Source: Syntrophales bacterium (GTDB lineage Bacteria > Desulfobacterota > Syntrophia > Syntrophales > PHBD01). Taken from it: a stretch of 64,000 nucleotides of DNA. The first letter of the stretch is position 1; every line of letters starts with the position of its first letter. The stretch covers positions 1,536,001 through 1,600,000 of the forward strand of contig OY764159.1 in assembly GCA_963668175.1 (NCBI GenBank), given 5' to 3'. Of the stretch, positions 28,702-38,829 are shown in pieces. Below the pieces are notes generated by a model. It did not search any database. It had not been told where the DNA came from and worked only from the letters and a program-made list of their open reading frames with translations. The position numbers and the translations under genes were made by a program.

Positions 28702-28880
28702 TAAATAAATTTACGCACCTGTCAAGCATTAGTAACCGTGATGGAAGGTGCGGAGAGCAGTCGGATTTGGACAGTTGAAGTGCAAAGGTTGCCCACCATG
28801 CTCTTAAGGGTCTGGTGGTTTTTTTATTCTGGTACCTTAGTGATCCGACTTTATGAAAATCTGTGAAAGGAGGATGCTAG

Positions 28881-29081
28881 ATGCCGGAAGGTAAGGTTAA
28901 ATGGTTCAACGAGAACAAGGGCTTCGGTTTCATCGAGAAGGACGACGGCGGTGACGTATTTGTTCACTTCAGCGCGATCCAGTCGGACGGGTTCAAGACC
29001 CTGGCCGAAGGTCAGCGTGTCAGTTTCGACGTCACGCAGGGCAAGAAAGGCCCGGCGGCTGAAAACGTGAAGGTCCTGTAA
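28881..29081 (+). CDS. cold-shock protein (CspA family)
   Basis: [39 protein letters not shown]. Confidence 0.97.
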   Translation: MPEGKVKWFNENKGFGFIEKDDGGDVFVHFSAIQSDGFKTLAEGQRVSFDVTQGKKGPAAENVKVL

Positions 29082-29104
29082 GGGAAGATTCGATTTGAAA
29101 TGCA

Positions 29105-29144
29105 GGCCCCCGGGGCGCTATCGGCGTCCCGGGGGCTTTTTTTT
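29105..29144 (+). terminator. intrinsic terminator
   Basis: GCCCCCGGGGCGC...GCGTCCCGGGGGC stem followed by T8. Confidence 0.85.
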
Positions 29145-29167
29145 ATCTTGCGTGATGCCCTGCTCGC

Positions 29168-29902
29168 TTACGACAGGTCCTGGCCCGCCTTGGCGAAGGC
29201 CGCCTTCATGGCTGCCAGGTAGGCGCCGGGCATATCGTGGAAGCGAAAGACGATGCTGACGCGGTCGGGCGAACGGTCGGCGCGCCAGGAGCGAACGGCC
29301 AGACGCAATAGGCTCACGGCGATGTCCTTGAGGATCTCCTTGCCGTATTCGGCGGGAAAGCGGACGGACATCAGCGCGGTCATCATGATGTCGGGGGACG
29401 GACGGGGGCAGTCGAGTTCGCAGAGGATGCCGTCTATGCTGATATTGACGACCTCCGCCCGGACTTCACGGTCGCCGAAGCGGATGGCGGCCGTGGTGTC
29501 GGGGATGCTGTAGCGGGTGTGGATACGCTTGCTGCGGGAATCGGTGACACGGTCGATCATGTTTCTCAGTTCCAGGGCCGCACAGGGAAGCGCCAGGATG
29601 TGCTCGATGCCGTGTCCGGCCAGTTCCTGACGCCTGCCGGCGCCGCCGGACGTCGTCAGGACGATGTAGGGCACTCCCCGGTTGATCGACGCGTCGAGAT
29701 TTTTCTTGAAAGCGATGCCGTTCATGTTGGCCATGTCCAGACCGCAGAGAACGGCGTCGTATTTGTTGTTTTGCAGGATCATCGCCGCATCGAGGGCCGA
29801 ACTGAACCAGTCGACGTCGGCGTCGCTGTACTCGGTGCGGATGAACTGGACGAGCCTCGTGACGGTCTTGATGTCGTGGATGATGAGCAGCTTCATGGGC
29901 AT
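29168..29902 (-). CDS. atypical receiver domain plus PilZ domain protein
   Basis: REC-like N-terminus (KYDAVLCGLDMANMNG); PilZ motifs RIHTR (RxxxR) and NISIDG. Confidence 0.75.
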   Translation of the reverse strand: MPMKLLIIHDIKTVTRLVQFIRTEYSDADVDWFSSALDAAMILQNNKYDAVLCGLDMANMNGIAFKKNLDASINRGVPYIVLTTSGGAGRRQELAGHGIEHILALPCAALELRNMIDRVTDSRSKRIHTRYSIPDTTAAIRFGDREVRAEVVNISIDGILCELDCPRPSPDIMMTALMSVRFPAEYGKEILKDIAVSLLRLAVRSWRADRSPDRVSIVFRFHDMPGAYLAAMKAAFAKAGQDLS

Positions 29903-30085
29903 GGGATTTCATTCTCCTGGGATGACGGGGCTCGCTCCGGCCTGTGATGTAAACTTCGAGTCTTAACCGGCTCTTTCATGAACGCGCATCGACGCGCCGC
30001 GCGTGAGAGCCAAGGAGATTCTCGCATCCCGGCGGCCAGCCGGCCGGGAAAGCGGATCAGCCTGGTTCAGGTTCCGGAGGGGCTT

Positions 30086-32188
30086 TTATCGCCTTGCTTC
30101 GGAGAATTTTGCTGCCTGGGCTCCGGCTATCCTGCCGTAAGTGATCGTCTGGGCGATCGAGTTGCCCCCCAGGCGGTTGGCGCCGTGGACGCCGCCGCTG
30201 ACCTCGCCTGCGGCATAGAAGCCCGGGATCGGCCGGCCGTTCTTGTCGATGACCTGGGAAAGGGCATTGATCCTGAGGCCGCCCATCGTGTAATGGATGC
30301 CCGGTATGACCTCGATGGCATAGAATTTGGGCGTTTTGACGGGCAGAGGCATGTCCGGGCGCTTGAATTCGGCGTCGTTCTTCGCCGCCACGGCGCTGTT
30401 GTATGCGTCAAGGGTTGCCGTCAGGGCGTCGGCCGGGCAGCCGATCTTCGCGGCCAGTTCCGCGGGTGTCGCGCCTTCCCGGACCAGGGAGAGGTGGAAA
30501 TACCCTTCAATCTGCTTGAGGCTTTTCCGGATACCCTCGTCGAAGACGAGGAAAGCCGATTTGCCGGTCTGTTTGAGGATGGCTGCAGAGGCCGCGTCGC
30601 GTGTCGTCAGTTCGTTGACGAATCGCTTCCCCTCCCGGTTGACCAGAATCGCCCCGTTCCCCCGGACCGCCTCGGTGATCAGGATACGGCTGCCTGCGGC
30701 GACGGTCGGATGGATCTGGATCTGCTCCATGTCGCGGAGCTTGCCGCCGGCATCGGTGCCGATGTCGAGGCCGTCGCCCGTCGCGCCGGGCTGGTTCGAG
30801 GTGGTCATGCCGGCATATTCGGGCCGGTAAAAGGCCACTCTCTCCGGATTCGCCGAGAAACCGCCCGCCGCGTTGATCACGGCCTTGGCCCTGATGACGT
30901 ATAAATTTCTGTGCTTGCCCTGGACCACCACCCCGGTGACGTTTCCTTTCTTGTCTTCCAGGATTTTTACAACCTTGCTGTTGATGCGGACGTCGATCTT
31001 CCTCTTGGCGACATTCTTCCGCAGGACGTCCACGATATGGGCGCCGACGGCCGCACCGCCCTTGGGCCGGTGGGCGCGGCTGACACTCGCCCCGCCGAGG
31101 CGGCCGACGTCGCTGAGATCGGCCCCGAGGGACATGAGCCACTCAAGGGAGGCCGCGGAATTGGCTGCGAGGATCCGGACAAGCTCAGGATCTCCCAGGT
31201 TCTTGCCGCCTTCCATCGTGTCCTTGTACATCAGGTCCACCGAATCCTTGATGCCTTTCGCCTGCTGGAACCTCGTCCCGGCGGCGTTCATCCCGCCGGC
31301 GGCAAGGAGGCTGTTGCCGCCCGTAATGGGCTGCTTCTCGAGTACGATCACTTTCGCTCCCGCATCGCAGGCCGTGATAGCCGACGTAAAACCGGCGGCG
31401 CCCGATCCGATGACGACGACGTCCGTCTTTTCGGCGGGTACGTCCTTGGGAACGGCGACGGATGCGGGACGCAATGCGCCCTTCGGGCCGGCCGCGGGTG
31501 CCGCCTCGGCGGCTCCTCCCGGAATGGCCATTTGGTACGTATGGCAGTTCAGACAATAGGCGCGGGAAGCTGCATGGCCGTGATGGCATGTCGTGCAGGC
31601 GATCTCGCCCAGGTGTGATTTGTGGGGGTTGATATGGGCCTTGTTCTTGGCCGCGAGCTTATCCGACGTTCCATGACAGGCCGCGCAGCGGCTGTTGATC
31701 CCGGCTTCCGTATCGGAGGGAATCAGGTTTTTTCCATGGCAGGTGTCGCACATGAAATTTTTCCTGGCATGGAGATTGTCAAGATAGGCGGACTTGGCCC
31801 ACGACTCGGTGTCCTTACGAACATTGACGAACTGGCCCGCCGTAAAGACGCCGAGGGATTTTTTTTCGCCGTTCACGGTGAAGTTCTTGCCGGGACTGAC
31901 CGTATGGCAGAGCGCGCAGTCCGTTACGGCCGCATGGGCCCGGTGGAGGCGGGCAGAAAAGGGATTGGGCATCTTGTCCGCCGCGGCCTTGTGGCACGGC
32001 AGGCAGTAGACGATCGCCTCGCCTTTGACGGCAACATGTTTCGGGGGCAGCACCGTCTTGACGTCGCTGTGGCACTGACTGCATGATTTAGTCGTCACCG
32101 GTGCTTTGGCCATGCCGTTTACTGCCGGGAACGCAATCAGGCCCGCCGCCAGGCCGGCCGCCAAAACGAAACGGTATATCCTTGTCAT
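30086..32188 (-). CDS. periplasmic multihaem flavocytochrome c (FccA/Fcc3-like reductase), 7 CxxCH
   Basis: Sec signal; seven CxxCH; GSGAAG FAD motif; QIHPT, TEAVRG, TRD, HYTMGG, HGANRLGGNS. Confidence 0.88.
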   Translation of the reverse strand: MTRIYRFVLAAGLAAGLIAFPAVNGMAKAPVTTKSCSQCHSDVKTVLPPKHVAVKGEAIVYCLPCHKAAADKMPNPFSARLHRAHAAVTDCALCHTVSPGKNFTVNGEKKSLGVFTAGQFVNVRKDTESWAKSAYLDNLHARKNFMCDTCHGKNLIPSDTEAGINSRCAACHGTSDKLAAKNKAHINPHKSHLGEIACTTCHHGHAASRAYCLNCHTYQMAIPGGAAEAAPAAGPKGALRPASVAVPKDVPAEKTDVVVIGSGAAGFTSAITACDAGAKVIVLEKQPITGGNSLLAAGGMNAAGTRFQQAKGIKDSVDLMYKDTMEGGKNLGDPELVRILAANSAASLEWLMSLGADLSDVGRLGGASVSRAHRPKGGAAVGAHIVDVLRKNVAKRKIDVRINSKVVKILEDKKGNVTGVVVQGKHRNLYVIRAKAVINAAGGFSANPERVAFYRPEYAGMTTSNQPGATGDGLDIGTDAGGKLRDMEQIQIHPTVAAGSRILITEAVRGNGAILVNREGKRFVNELTTRDAASAAILKQTGKSAFLVFDEGIRKSLKQIEGYFHLSLVREGATPAELAAKIGCPADALTATLDAYNSAVAAKNDAEFKRPDMPLPVKTPKFYAIEVIPGIHYTMGGLRINALSQVIDKNGRPIPGFYAAGEVSGGVHGANRLGGNSIAQTITYGRIAGAQAAKFSEARR

Positions 32189-32266
32189 AAAGCCCCCTTG
32201 TGCATGGATTGGCGTTTCAACCGGCGGATGCCCGCAGCGCCTTTCCGCAGGCGGCCGGACGGAAGC

Positions 32267-32295
32267 AATATAGAAACAAAACAGCGGTGTGTCAA
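32267..32295 (-). promoter_or_regulatory. sigma-70 promoter of the flavocytochrome gene
   Basis: Minus-strand TTGACA-17-TATATT. Confidence 0.65.
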
Positions 32296-32509
32296 TGAAT
32301 AATGTCGGCGGGTTATCATCTTTCTTCGGGATTGGGGCGGTTCTGTTTGTCAGGTTCAACCTATCAATCGCCTTCCAATCAGCGGACATTGAATTTTGTC
32401 CGTCCGGGCTCTATACTTCAAAATATTCCATGCCGTTTCAGGCGGTGGAGGTCTTTTTTTTATACGGCTGGAGACGACATCGATATTTCGGAAGAAAGGA
32501 GAAAAGACG

Positions 32510-32803
32510 ATGGACACGGGCGATTTTGTCAAGGGATTTGTCGTGGGCGCCCTGGGAGGATTGCTCTTCGGCATCCTCTATGCTCCGAAAAGCGGCCGGG
32601 AGACCCGGGAAGATATCAGGAAATCGACGGCGGATTTATACGACAAGACGAAGGAACAGTACCGCCAGGCGATCCTGGGGATGGAAGAACTGGTGGGAGA
32701 AAGCCGTAAGGCCTATGCGGACAAAAAGGAGCGGCTGAAAAAGGCGGTCGAAGCAGGTGTCGAGGCCTACAAGGAAGAGAAGGCCGCCGCCGGTCAGTCT
32801 TGA
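32510..32803 (+). CDS. YtxH-domain protein
   Basis: FVKGFVVGALGGLLFGILYAPKSGRETREDI; RBS AAGGAG. Confidence 0.85.
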   Translation: MDTGDFVKGFVVGALGGLLFGILYAPKSGRETREDIRKSTADLYDKTKEQYRQAILGMEELVGESRKAYADKKERLKKAVEAGVEAYKEEKAAAGQS

Positions 32804-32943
32804 ATTCCGATCCGTTGCGGCGGAAGAATCCCTTGACGTGAAAGTCGACGGGCTCAAGTGCGCCTGACGCCACGCAGGTTCGACCGCTGTGCAAGGAAAG
32901 GATTCCTTATCCGGTAAGCCGAAATGAAAAAGAGAGGAGAGCC

Positions 32944-33405
32944 ATGCGCGAAGTCGTCCATACGTCGAAAATCAAGATCGTCAGGGAGAAGGGGCCCACC
33001 CGCAGGGCCATGATCGAAGGTTTTGCCGAACCCGTCTATTACGGTGTTCACGGCGGGATCAAAAAGTTTTACAGGGTGGAGCCCGATGAAGAGCATGCGG
33101 CCACGCTGGACCACATCGTCGCCGCCACGGCAGGTTGAATGATGGGAACGCTGGCCACGATGATGGCCGGGAAGAAAATTGCGACCCCCGAACACCTCTA
33201 CTGGGCCGACGTCGAAGGGGACATCGAAAACGTGGACGGCGTGCTCAGAATCACGACGATCCGGGTCAAATACCACCTGAAAACGTCCGAAGAAAAAATG
33301 GACGACGCCAGGGACTGTTTCTCGAAATACATCACCCGCTGCCCCGCCGCCCAGAGCGTGAGCGGCTGCATCAAGCTGGAAGACGATCTGATCTTCGAAA
33401 CATAA
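32944..33405 (+). CDS. OsmC/Ohr-like protein with in-frame UGA, probably selenocysteine (153 aa)
   Basis: ORFs 32944-33138 and 33139-33405 are in frame across TGA 33136-33138: LDHIVAATAG-U-MMGTLA ... CPAAQSV; U falls at the first OsmC Cys position. Confidence 0.82.
33151..33170 (+). promoter_or_regulatory. putative bacterial SECIS hairpin
   Basis: CUGGCCA-CGAUGA-UGGCCGG stem-loop separated from the UGA by 12 nt. Confidence 0.6.
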
Positions 33406-33620
33406 CCTGTCCTTCGGTGTCCCCGTTCCTGTTCTTCTTTGCCGGAGCCGGCCGCGGAGATCGCAGATGGTAGGATAAACCTACCAATCCGCTGACATTC
33501 AATCCATGTTGCCCCCCTGCCGGCGATTGCGTAAGATTCGCCTCGGTCGCGGCCGGGGCCGTCACGAACCTCCGCCGCGTTGTCTTATCGTAATACGGTA
33601 TGCAGGAAAGGAGAGCAGCA

Positions 33621-34232
33621 ATGAAAGTTCTTGTCGTCTATTATTCCATGTACGGCCATATCCGCGCGATGGCGGAGGCCGTTGCCGCCGGTGCCGGGGA
33701 GGTTGGCGGCGCCGAAGTCCTGATGAAACGCGTCCCGGAAACCCTTTCGGACGATATCCTGAAGCAGATGGGGGCCTACGAGACCCAGAAACGTCTCTCT
33801 TCGGTTCCGGTCTGCAAGGTGGAGGACCTCGCTGCGGCGGATGCCATTATTTTCGGGGCGCCGACCCGGTTTGGCAACATGTGCGGGCAGATGCGCCAGT
33901 TTCTCGATGCGACGGGCGGATTATGGGCCAAAGGCACCCTGGTGGGCAAGGTGGGAAGCGTCTTCGCCTCCAGCGCTACGCAGCACGGCGGGCAGGAATC
34001 GACAATCTTGAGTTTCCATGTCACCCTTCTCCATCACGGCATGGTGATCGTGGGATTGCCCTATGCCTTTGCCGGCCAGATGCGCATCGACGAGATCACA
34101 GGCGGTTCGCCCTACGGGGCCTCGACGATCGCCGGAGGCCAGGGGGAGCGCATGCCCAGCGAAAACGAACTGGCGGCCGCCCGCTATCAGGGAAAACACG
34201 TCGCGGAGATTGCCGCAAAACTGTTCCGCTGA
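33621..34232 (+). CDS. wrbA: NAD(P)H:quinone oxidoreductase WrbA
   Basis: [33 protein letters not shown]. Confidence 0.95.
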   Translation: MKVLVVYYSMYGHIRAMAEAVAAGAGEVGGAEVLMKRVPETLSDDILKQMGAYETQKRLSSVPVCKVEDLAAADAIIFGAPTRFGNMCGQMRQFLDATGGLWAKGTLVGKVGSVFASSATQHGGQESTILSFHVTLLHHGMVIVGLPYAFAGQMRIDEITGGSPYGASTIAGGQGERMPSENELAAARYQGKHVAEIAAKLFR

Positions 34233-34322
34233 CGGCGATAAGTGGAAGGAGCCGACGGAAACAGGAAAGACAGACCCTGTCACGCAACGGATGAAACGAA
34301 TACAGCAAGAGGAGGATATCGC

Positions 34323-34499
34323 ATGGATCAGAAAACGGCCGACCAGGCCTGGCGTGACATGGAGGCGCGGATCGAACAGCTGCTGCCGCGTTTTTTGAGC
34401 GGCGAGATACGGCATCTCGATTACAAGCCCGCAGGGGAAATCCTCTTGCTCGACAAGCCTGTCGATTACGGCCGGAAAAAGGAACTGCCGATGCGCTGA
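34323..34499 (+). CDS. small hypothetical protein (58 aa)
   Basis: Strong RBS GAGGAGG before ATG 34323; lies between wrbA and sod on the same strand. Confidence 0.55.
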   Translation: MDQKTADQAWRDMEARIEQLLPRFLSGEIRHLDYKPAGEILLLDKPVDYGRKKELPMR

Positions 34500-34633
34500 C
34501 CGCGCAATTCACCGCCATTTTCATCGAGAAGACGGTCGGGGGCGCATCCGGGGAGCGTCTCCGACCCGTTTTGATATTCAGACGAATGCACCCCCGGTGC
34601 GACAAATGCATATTACCATTTCAAGGAGGAAAA

Positions 34634-35242
34634 ATGACTGCGAAATTCTATACCCAACCGGCTCTTGCCTACGGCTACAAGGACCTCATGCCTTATATCT
34701 CGGAAGAACAACTGAAAATCCACTACGAAAAGCACCACCAGGCCTATGTCAAAGGGGCCAACGCCGTTCTCGAAAAGCTGGACAAAGCGCGGCAGGACAA
34801 TGCCGATCTTGATCTGAAAGCAGCGCTGAAGGAGCTGTCGTTCAATATCGGCGGGCATCTGCTTCATTCCCTGTTCTGGGGGAACCTGGCTCCCGCCGAT
34901 AAATCAGGCGCACCGTCGGGCCGGCTGCTTTCGGCGATCAACGGCGAATTCGGAAGCGTCGAGCGCTTCAAGAAAGAGTTCACCCAGGCGGCCGTCAGCG
35001 TCGAAGGGTCGGGCTGGGCGGCATTGACTTATTGCCGGGCCACGCAGAGACCCATCATCATGCAGGTCGAAAAGCACAATGTCCATGTCTATCCCATGTT
35101 CCGGATTATCATGGTGCTGGACGTCTTCGAACATGCCTACTATCTCGATTACAAGAACGAGCGGGCCAAGTTTGTCGACGCCTTCTGGAATATCGTCAAC
35201 TGGGAGGAAGTGGGCAAGCGATTGGAAGACGTATTAGGCTGA
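34634..35242 (+). CDS. Fe/Mn superoxide dismutase
   Basis: [41 protein letters not shown]. Confidence 0.95.
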   Translation: MTAKFYTQPALAYGYKDLMPYISEEQLKIHYEKHHQAYVKGANAVLEKLDKARQDNADLDLKAALKELSFNIGGHLLHSLFWGNLAPADKSGAPSGRLLSAINGEFGSVERFKKEFTQAAVSVEGSGWAALTYCRATQRPIIMQVEKHNVHVYPMFRIIMVLDVFEHAYYLDYKNERAKFVDAFWNIVNWEEVGKRLEDVLG

Positions 35243-35346
35243 GAACCATCCTTTTCGCTCCGTGCCTTTATCGCCGCCGGGAGGAAAGCATCCGGCGCGC
35301 GATAAAGAGCCATGAGGCAGGACATCACCCTTTCAAGGAGGATCTT

Positions 35347-35919
35347 ATGGACAGAAGAATGCTCGTGTCGGTTCTGATCGTCGGCGCGTTCCTGATGGTC
35401 TATACGGGGTGCGCACAGAAAGCGGCCGTCGTGGAAACACAGCCCGTTCAGGAACAGAAGATGACGCCCCAGGCGGCTCCCGAGCCGCAGAAAGATACCG
35501 CGGCCGAGGACGAGGCCCGCCGGAAGGCCATGGAAGAGCAGGCGATGAAGGAAAAGGCCATGAAAGAGGCGGAGGCTCGGATTGCCGTTCTGTTTGACGA
35601 TATCCGCTTCGATTTCGACAAGGCCATCATCAAACCGGAATTCCGCCAGCGGCTCAACGATCAGGCGGACTGGCTCCGCGGCAACGGTTGGCAGCAATTG
35701 ACCATTGAAGGAAACTGCGACGAAAGGGGAACGGAGGAGTACAACATTGCTCTGGGCCAGCGACGGGCTGAGGCCGCGAAGAAGTACCTCGTCGATTTGG
35801 GGACGGATGCCAAGAAGATCAAAGCGATAAGTTACGGGAAAGAAAAACCCCTCGATCCCGGTCACGACGAAGAGGCCTGGGCGAAAAACAGAAGGGACCA
35901 TTTTGAATTGTCCAGGTAA
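35347..35919 (+). CDS. pal: peptidoglycan-associated lipoprotein (Pal/OmpA)
   Basis: Lipobox YTGC; FDFDK, IEGNCDERGT.EYN.ALGQRRA, SYGKEKP, NRR. Confidence 0.88.
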   Translation: MDRRMLVSVLIVGAFLMVYTGCAQKAAVVETQPVQEQKMTPQAAPEPQKDTAAEDEARRKAMEEQAMKEKAMKEAEARIAVLFDDIRFDFDKAIIKPEFRQRLNDQADWLRGNGWQQLTIEGNCDERGTEEYNIALGQRRAEAAKKYLVDLGTDAKKIKAISYGKEKPLDPGHDEEAWAKNRRDHFELSR

Positions 35920-36040
35920 TGAGGAGGACTCAGGCGGATATTCAAACGGCACCTTCGGAAAACGGGGTGCCGTTTTGAATATGGTGCGCTTTCCTGGCCT
36001 GGATGCATTGGGGTGAAAGACAAGAAACGGATGGAGGTAA

Positions 36041-36562
36041 ATGATGGCAGACGAACAGGGTAAGAAAGCGATGGCCGTACGGTTGAACGTCAACGGCAGG
36101 GAGTACGCCTTCGATGCGGAACCCGATATGCCGCTTCTCTGGGCGATCCGGGAGAAAATAGGGCTGACCGGGACCAAGTACGGATGCGGAATAGCCCAAT
36201 GCGGGGCCTGTACGGTCCTCGTGAACGGAAAGGCGACACGCTCGTGCGTTACCCCCGTATCTTCCGTCGCAGGCAAGGAGATCGTCACGATCGAAGGGCT
36301 CTCGTCGGACGGCTCCCACCCCCTGCAGAAGGCCTGGGTGGATGAGGAAGTGCCTCAATGCGGTTACTGCCAGCCTGGGCAGATCATGACCGCTGCGGCC
36401 CTTCTCGTCGGGAACAAGAACCCAAGCGACGGCGATATCGACGAGGCCATGAAGGGCAATCTCTGCCGCTGCGGGACGTATCAACGCATCCGCCGCGCCG
36501 TTCACGCGGCTGCCGGTATGATGGGGAAAGCCAACAAGATGGAGAAAGGAGAGCGCGTATGA
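36041..36562 (+). CDS. 2Fe-2S subunit of xanthine dehydrogenase-family enzyme (IorA-like)
   Basis: [28 protein letters not shown]; start could be 36044 or 36071. Confidence 0.9.
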   Translation: MMADEQGKKAMAVRLNVNGREYAFDAEPDMPLLWAIREKIGLTGTKYGCGIAQCGACTVLVNGKATRSCVTPVSSVAGKEIVTIEGLSSDGSHPLQKAWVDEEVPQCGYCQPGQIMTAAALLVGNKNPSDGDIDEAMKGNLCRCGTYQRIRRAVHAAAGMMGKANKMEKGERV

Positions 36563-38727
36563 ACGGGATTTTCAAGATCTGTCGGCGCGATTTTCTCAAG
36601 TCAGGCCTCGTCATGGGCGGCGGGCTGGTCCTCGGCTTCTCTTTTCATCCGCTGGGGCCTTCGCAGGGAATGGCGTCGGCGCAACCATCGGCGCCGTTCG
36701 TTCCCAATGCCTTTATCCGCATTACCGACGACGACATCGTGACGGTCATCTGCAACAAGTCGGAGATGGGGCAGGGCGTTTACACGTCCCTTCCCATGCT
36801 TGTGGCCGAAGAACTGGAATGCGACTGGAGCCGCGTGCGGGTGGAGCCCGCCCCGGTCCATCCCGCTTATAACCATACCCAATGGGGTGTCATGCAGGGC
36901 ACCGGCGGGTCCACGAGCATCCGGAGCGAATGGGAGCGCCTCCGGAAGGCCGGGGCGGCGGCCAGGGAAATGCTTATCGCGGCCGCAGCGGCGACCTGGC
37001 AGACCGACAGATCGAACTGCCGTGCGGAGAACGGCATGGTCGTCCACAGCGACGGCCGGAAGCTCTCCTTCGGCCGGCTTGCCGCCAAGGCGGGCGAACA
37101 GCCGGTTCCCAGGGACGTGCCGCTGAAAGACCCGTCCGCCTTCAAAATCGTCGGCAAGCGCGTGCACAGGCTGGATACGCCGGACAAGGCGACCGGCAGG
37201 GCGTTGTTCGGCCTCGATGTGGCCGTACCCGGCATGCTGACGGCCGTCATCGCGCGTTCCCCCGTTTTCGGCGGCAAGGCGGCCGCTTTCCGCGACGGGA
37301 AGACGAGGACCGTGCCGGGCGTCAGGGACGTGGTCCAGGTGCCGACGGGCGTGGCCGTCATCGCCGACGGATTCTTTGCGGCCAAGAAGGGACGCGATTA
37401 TCTGGAGATCGACTGGGACGAAGGCGAGGGGGCGAAACTCTCGACGCCCGGCCAACGGGAAAGCTACAGGAAAATGGCCGCAACGCCGGGTGCGACGGCC
37501 AGGAAAGACGGCCGGGCCGACAAGGTCCTGCGCGGCGCCCGGAAGAAGCTCGAGGCCGAGTACGAGGTGCCCTATCTCGCGCATGCGATGATGGAGCCTC
37601 TCAACTGCCTGGTCGATTACCGGGGCGACCGTTGCGAAATCTGGACGGGCACCCAGTCCCAGACATCGGACCGGAACGCGGCGGCCTCAATCCTCGGGCT
37701 CAAGCCGGAACAGGTCGTTCTTCACACAACGTTCCTCGGCAGCGGCTTCGGACGCAGGGCCAATCCCCAGTCCGATTTCGTCCGCGAGGCCGCTTACGTG
37801 GCCAAGGCCGTGAAGCAACCGGTGAAGGTCGTCTGGACCCGGGAGGACGATACTCGCGGCGGCTTCTACCGGCCGATGTGGTTCGACCGGATCTCGGCGT
37901 CCCTCGACGCCAGGGGAAGGATCTCCGCCTGGAAACAGACCATCGTCGGCCAGTCGATTCTCGAAGGGACGCCCTTTGCCGGGATGATCAAGGACGGTGT
38001 GGACGAGACATCCGTGGAAGGGGCGTCCACGATGCCCTATGAAATCCCGAATGTAGCCGTGGATCTGCACAGCCCGAAATTACCCGTACCGGTCCAGTGG
38101 TGGCGGTCGGTGGGCCATTCCCATACGGCCTTCGTCGTCGAAAGCTTCATCGACGAACTGGCCCACGAGGCGAAAAAGGACCCCTACGAATTCCGCCGCC
38201 GCATGCTCGGCAGGCATCCCCGGAACCTGGGCGTCCTCGATCTGGCGGCGGATAAAGCGGGATGGGGCAAAAAGCTTCCCGAAGGCCGTTTCCGGGGCAT
38301 CGCCCAGCACGAGTCCTTCGGCAGTTTCATAGCCCAAGTGGCTGAAGTGTCGGTGGGTCAAGACGGCAAAGTCCGCGTCCATCGCGTGGTCTGCGCCGTC
38401 GATTGCGGACGCGTCGTCAATCCCGACACGATCGAAGCCCAGATGGAAGGCGGGATCATCTTCGGACTTTCCGCCGCCCTTTACGGCGCCATTACGCTGA
38501 AAAACGGCCGACCCGAGCAGAGCAACTTCCATAACTACAAACTGGTTCGCCTGGACGAAGCGCCGGTCATGGAGGTCCATATCGTCCCGAGCCGGGAGGC
38601 CCTGGGCGGGGTGGGGGAACCGGGTGTGCCGCCCATCGCCCCCGCAGTGGCGAATGCTGTTTTTGCCGCGACGGGCAAGCGAATCCGCTCGCTGCCGATC
38701 CGTCCGGAGATGCTGAAGAAAACATGA
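36559..38727 (+). CDS. Tat-exported molybdopterin subunit of xanthine dehydrogenase family (IorB-like)
   Basis: RRDFLK Tat motif, SEMGQG, GSGFGRR, WWRSVG, GGVGEPG; ATGA overlap with the small subunit. Confidence 0.9.
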   Translation: MNGIFKICRRDFLKSGLVMGGGLVLGFSFHPLGPSQGMASAQPSAPFVPNAFIRITDDDIVTVICNKSEMGQGVYTSLPMLVAEELECDWSRVRVEPAPVHPAYNHTQWGVMQGTGGSTSIRSEWERLRKAGAAAREMLIAAAAATWQTDRSNCRAENGMVVHSDGRKLSFGRLAAKAGEQPVPRDVPLKDPSAFKIVGKRVHRLDTPDKATGRALFGLDVAVPGMLTAVIARSPVFGGKAAAFRDGKTRTVPGVRDVVQVPTGVAVIADGFFAAKKGRDYLEIDWDEGEGAKLSTPGQRESYRKMAATPGATARKDGRADKVLRGARKKLEAEYEVPYLAHAMMEPLNCLVDYRGDRCEIWTGTQSQTSDRNAAASILGLKPEQVVLHTTFLGSGFGRRANPQSDFVREAAYVAKAVKQPVKVVWTREDDTRGGFYRPMWFDRISASLDARGRISAWKQTIVGQSILEGTPFAGMIKDGVDETSVEGASTMPYEIPNVAVDLHSPKLPVPVQWWRSVGHSHTAFVVESFIDELAHEAKKDPYEFRRRMLGRHPRNLGVLDLAADKAGWGKKLPEGRFRGIAQHESFGSFIAQVAEVSVGQDGKVRVHRVVCAVDCGRVVNPDTIEAQMEGGIIFGLSAALYGAITLKNGRPEQSNFHNYKLVRLDEAPVMEVHIVPSREALGGVGEPGVPPIAPAVANAVFAATGKRIRSLPIRPEMLKKT

Positions 38728-38829
38728 CGGTCCGTGCCGCTTTCCGGGAGATTCACACCGCTGCCGGCGGTGAAGAGGATACCGCCGGACCTGGGCACGG
38801 TTGCTTCTTCACGCCGCAACCGGTAGCGC

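Noticed and set aside
32944..33405. Two small genes or a nonsense pseudogene
   Set aside because: The stop is UGA at the expected catalytic Cys position with a SECIS-like hairpin; Sec readthrough explains it better
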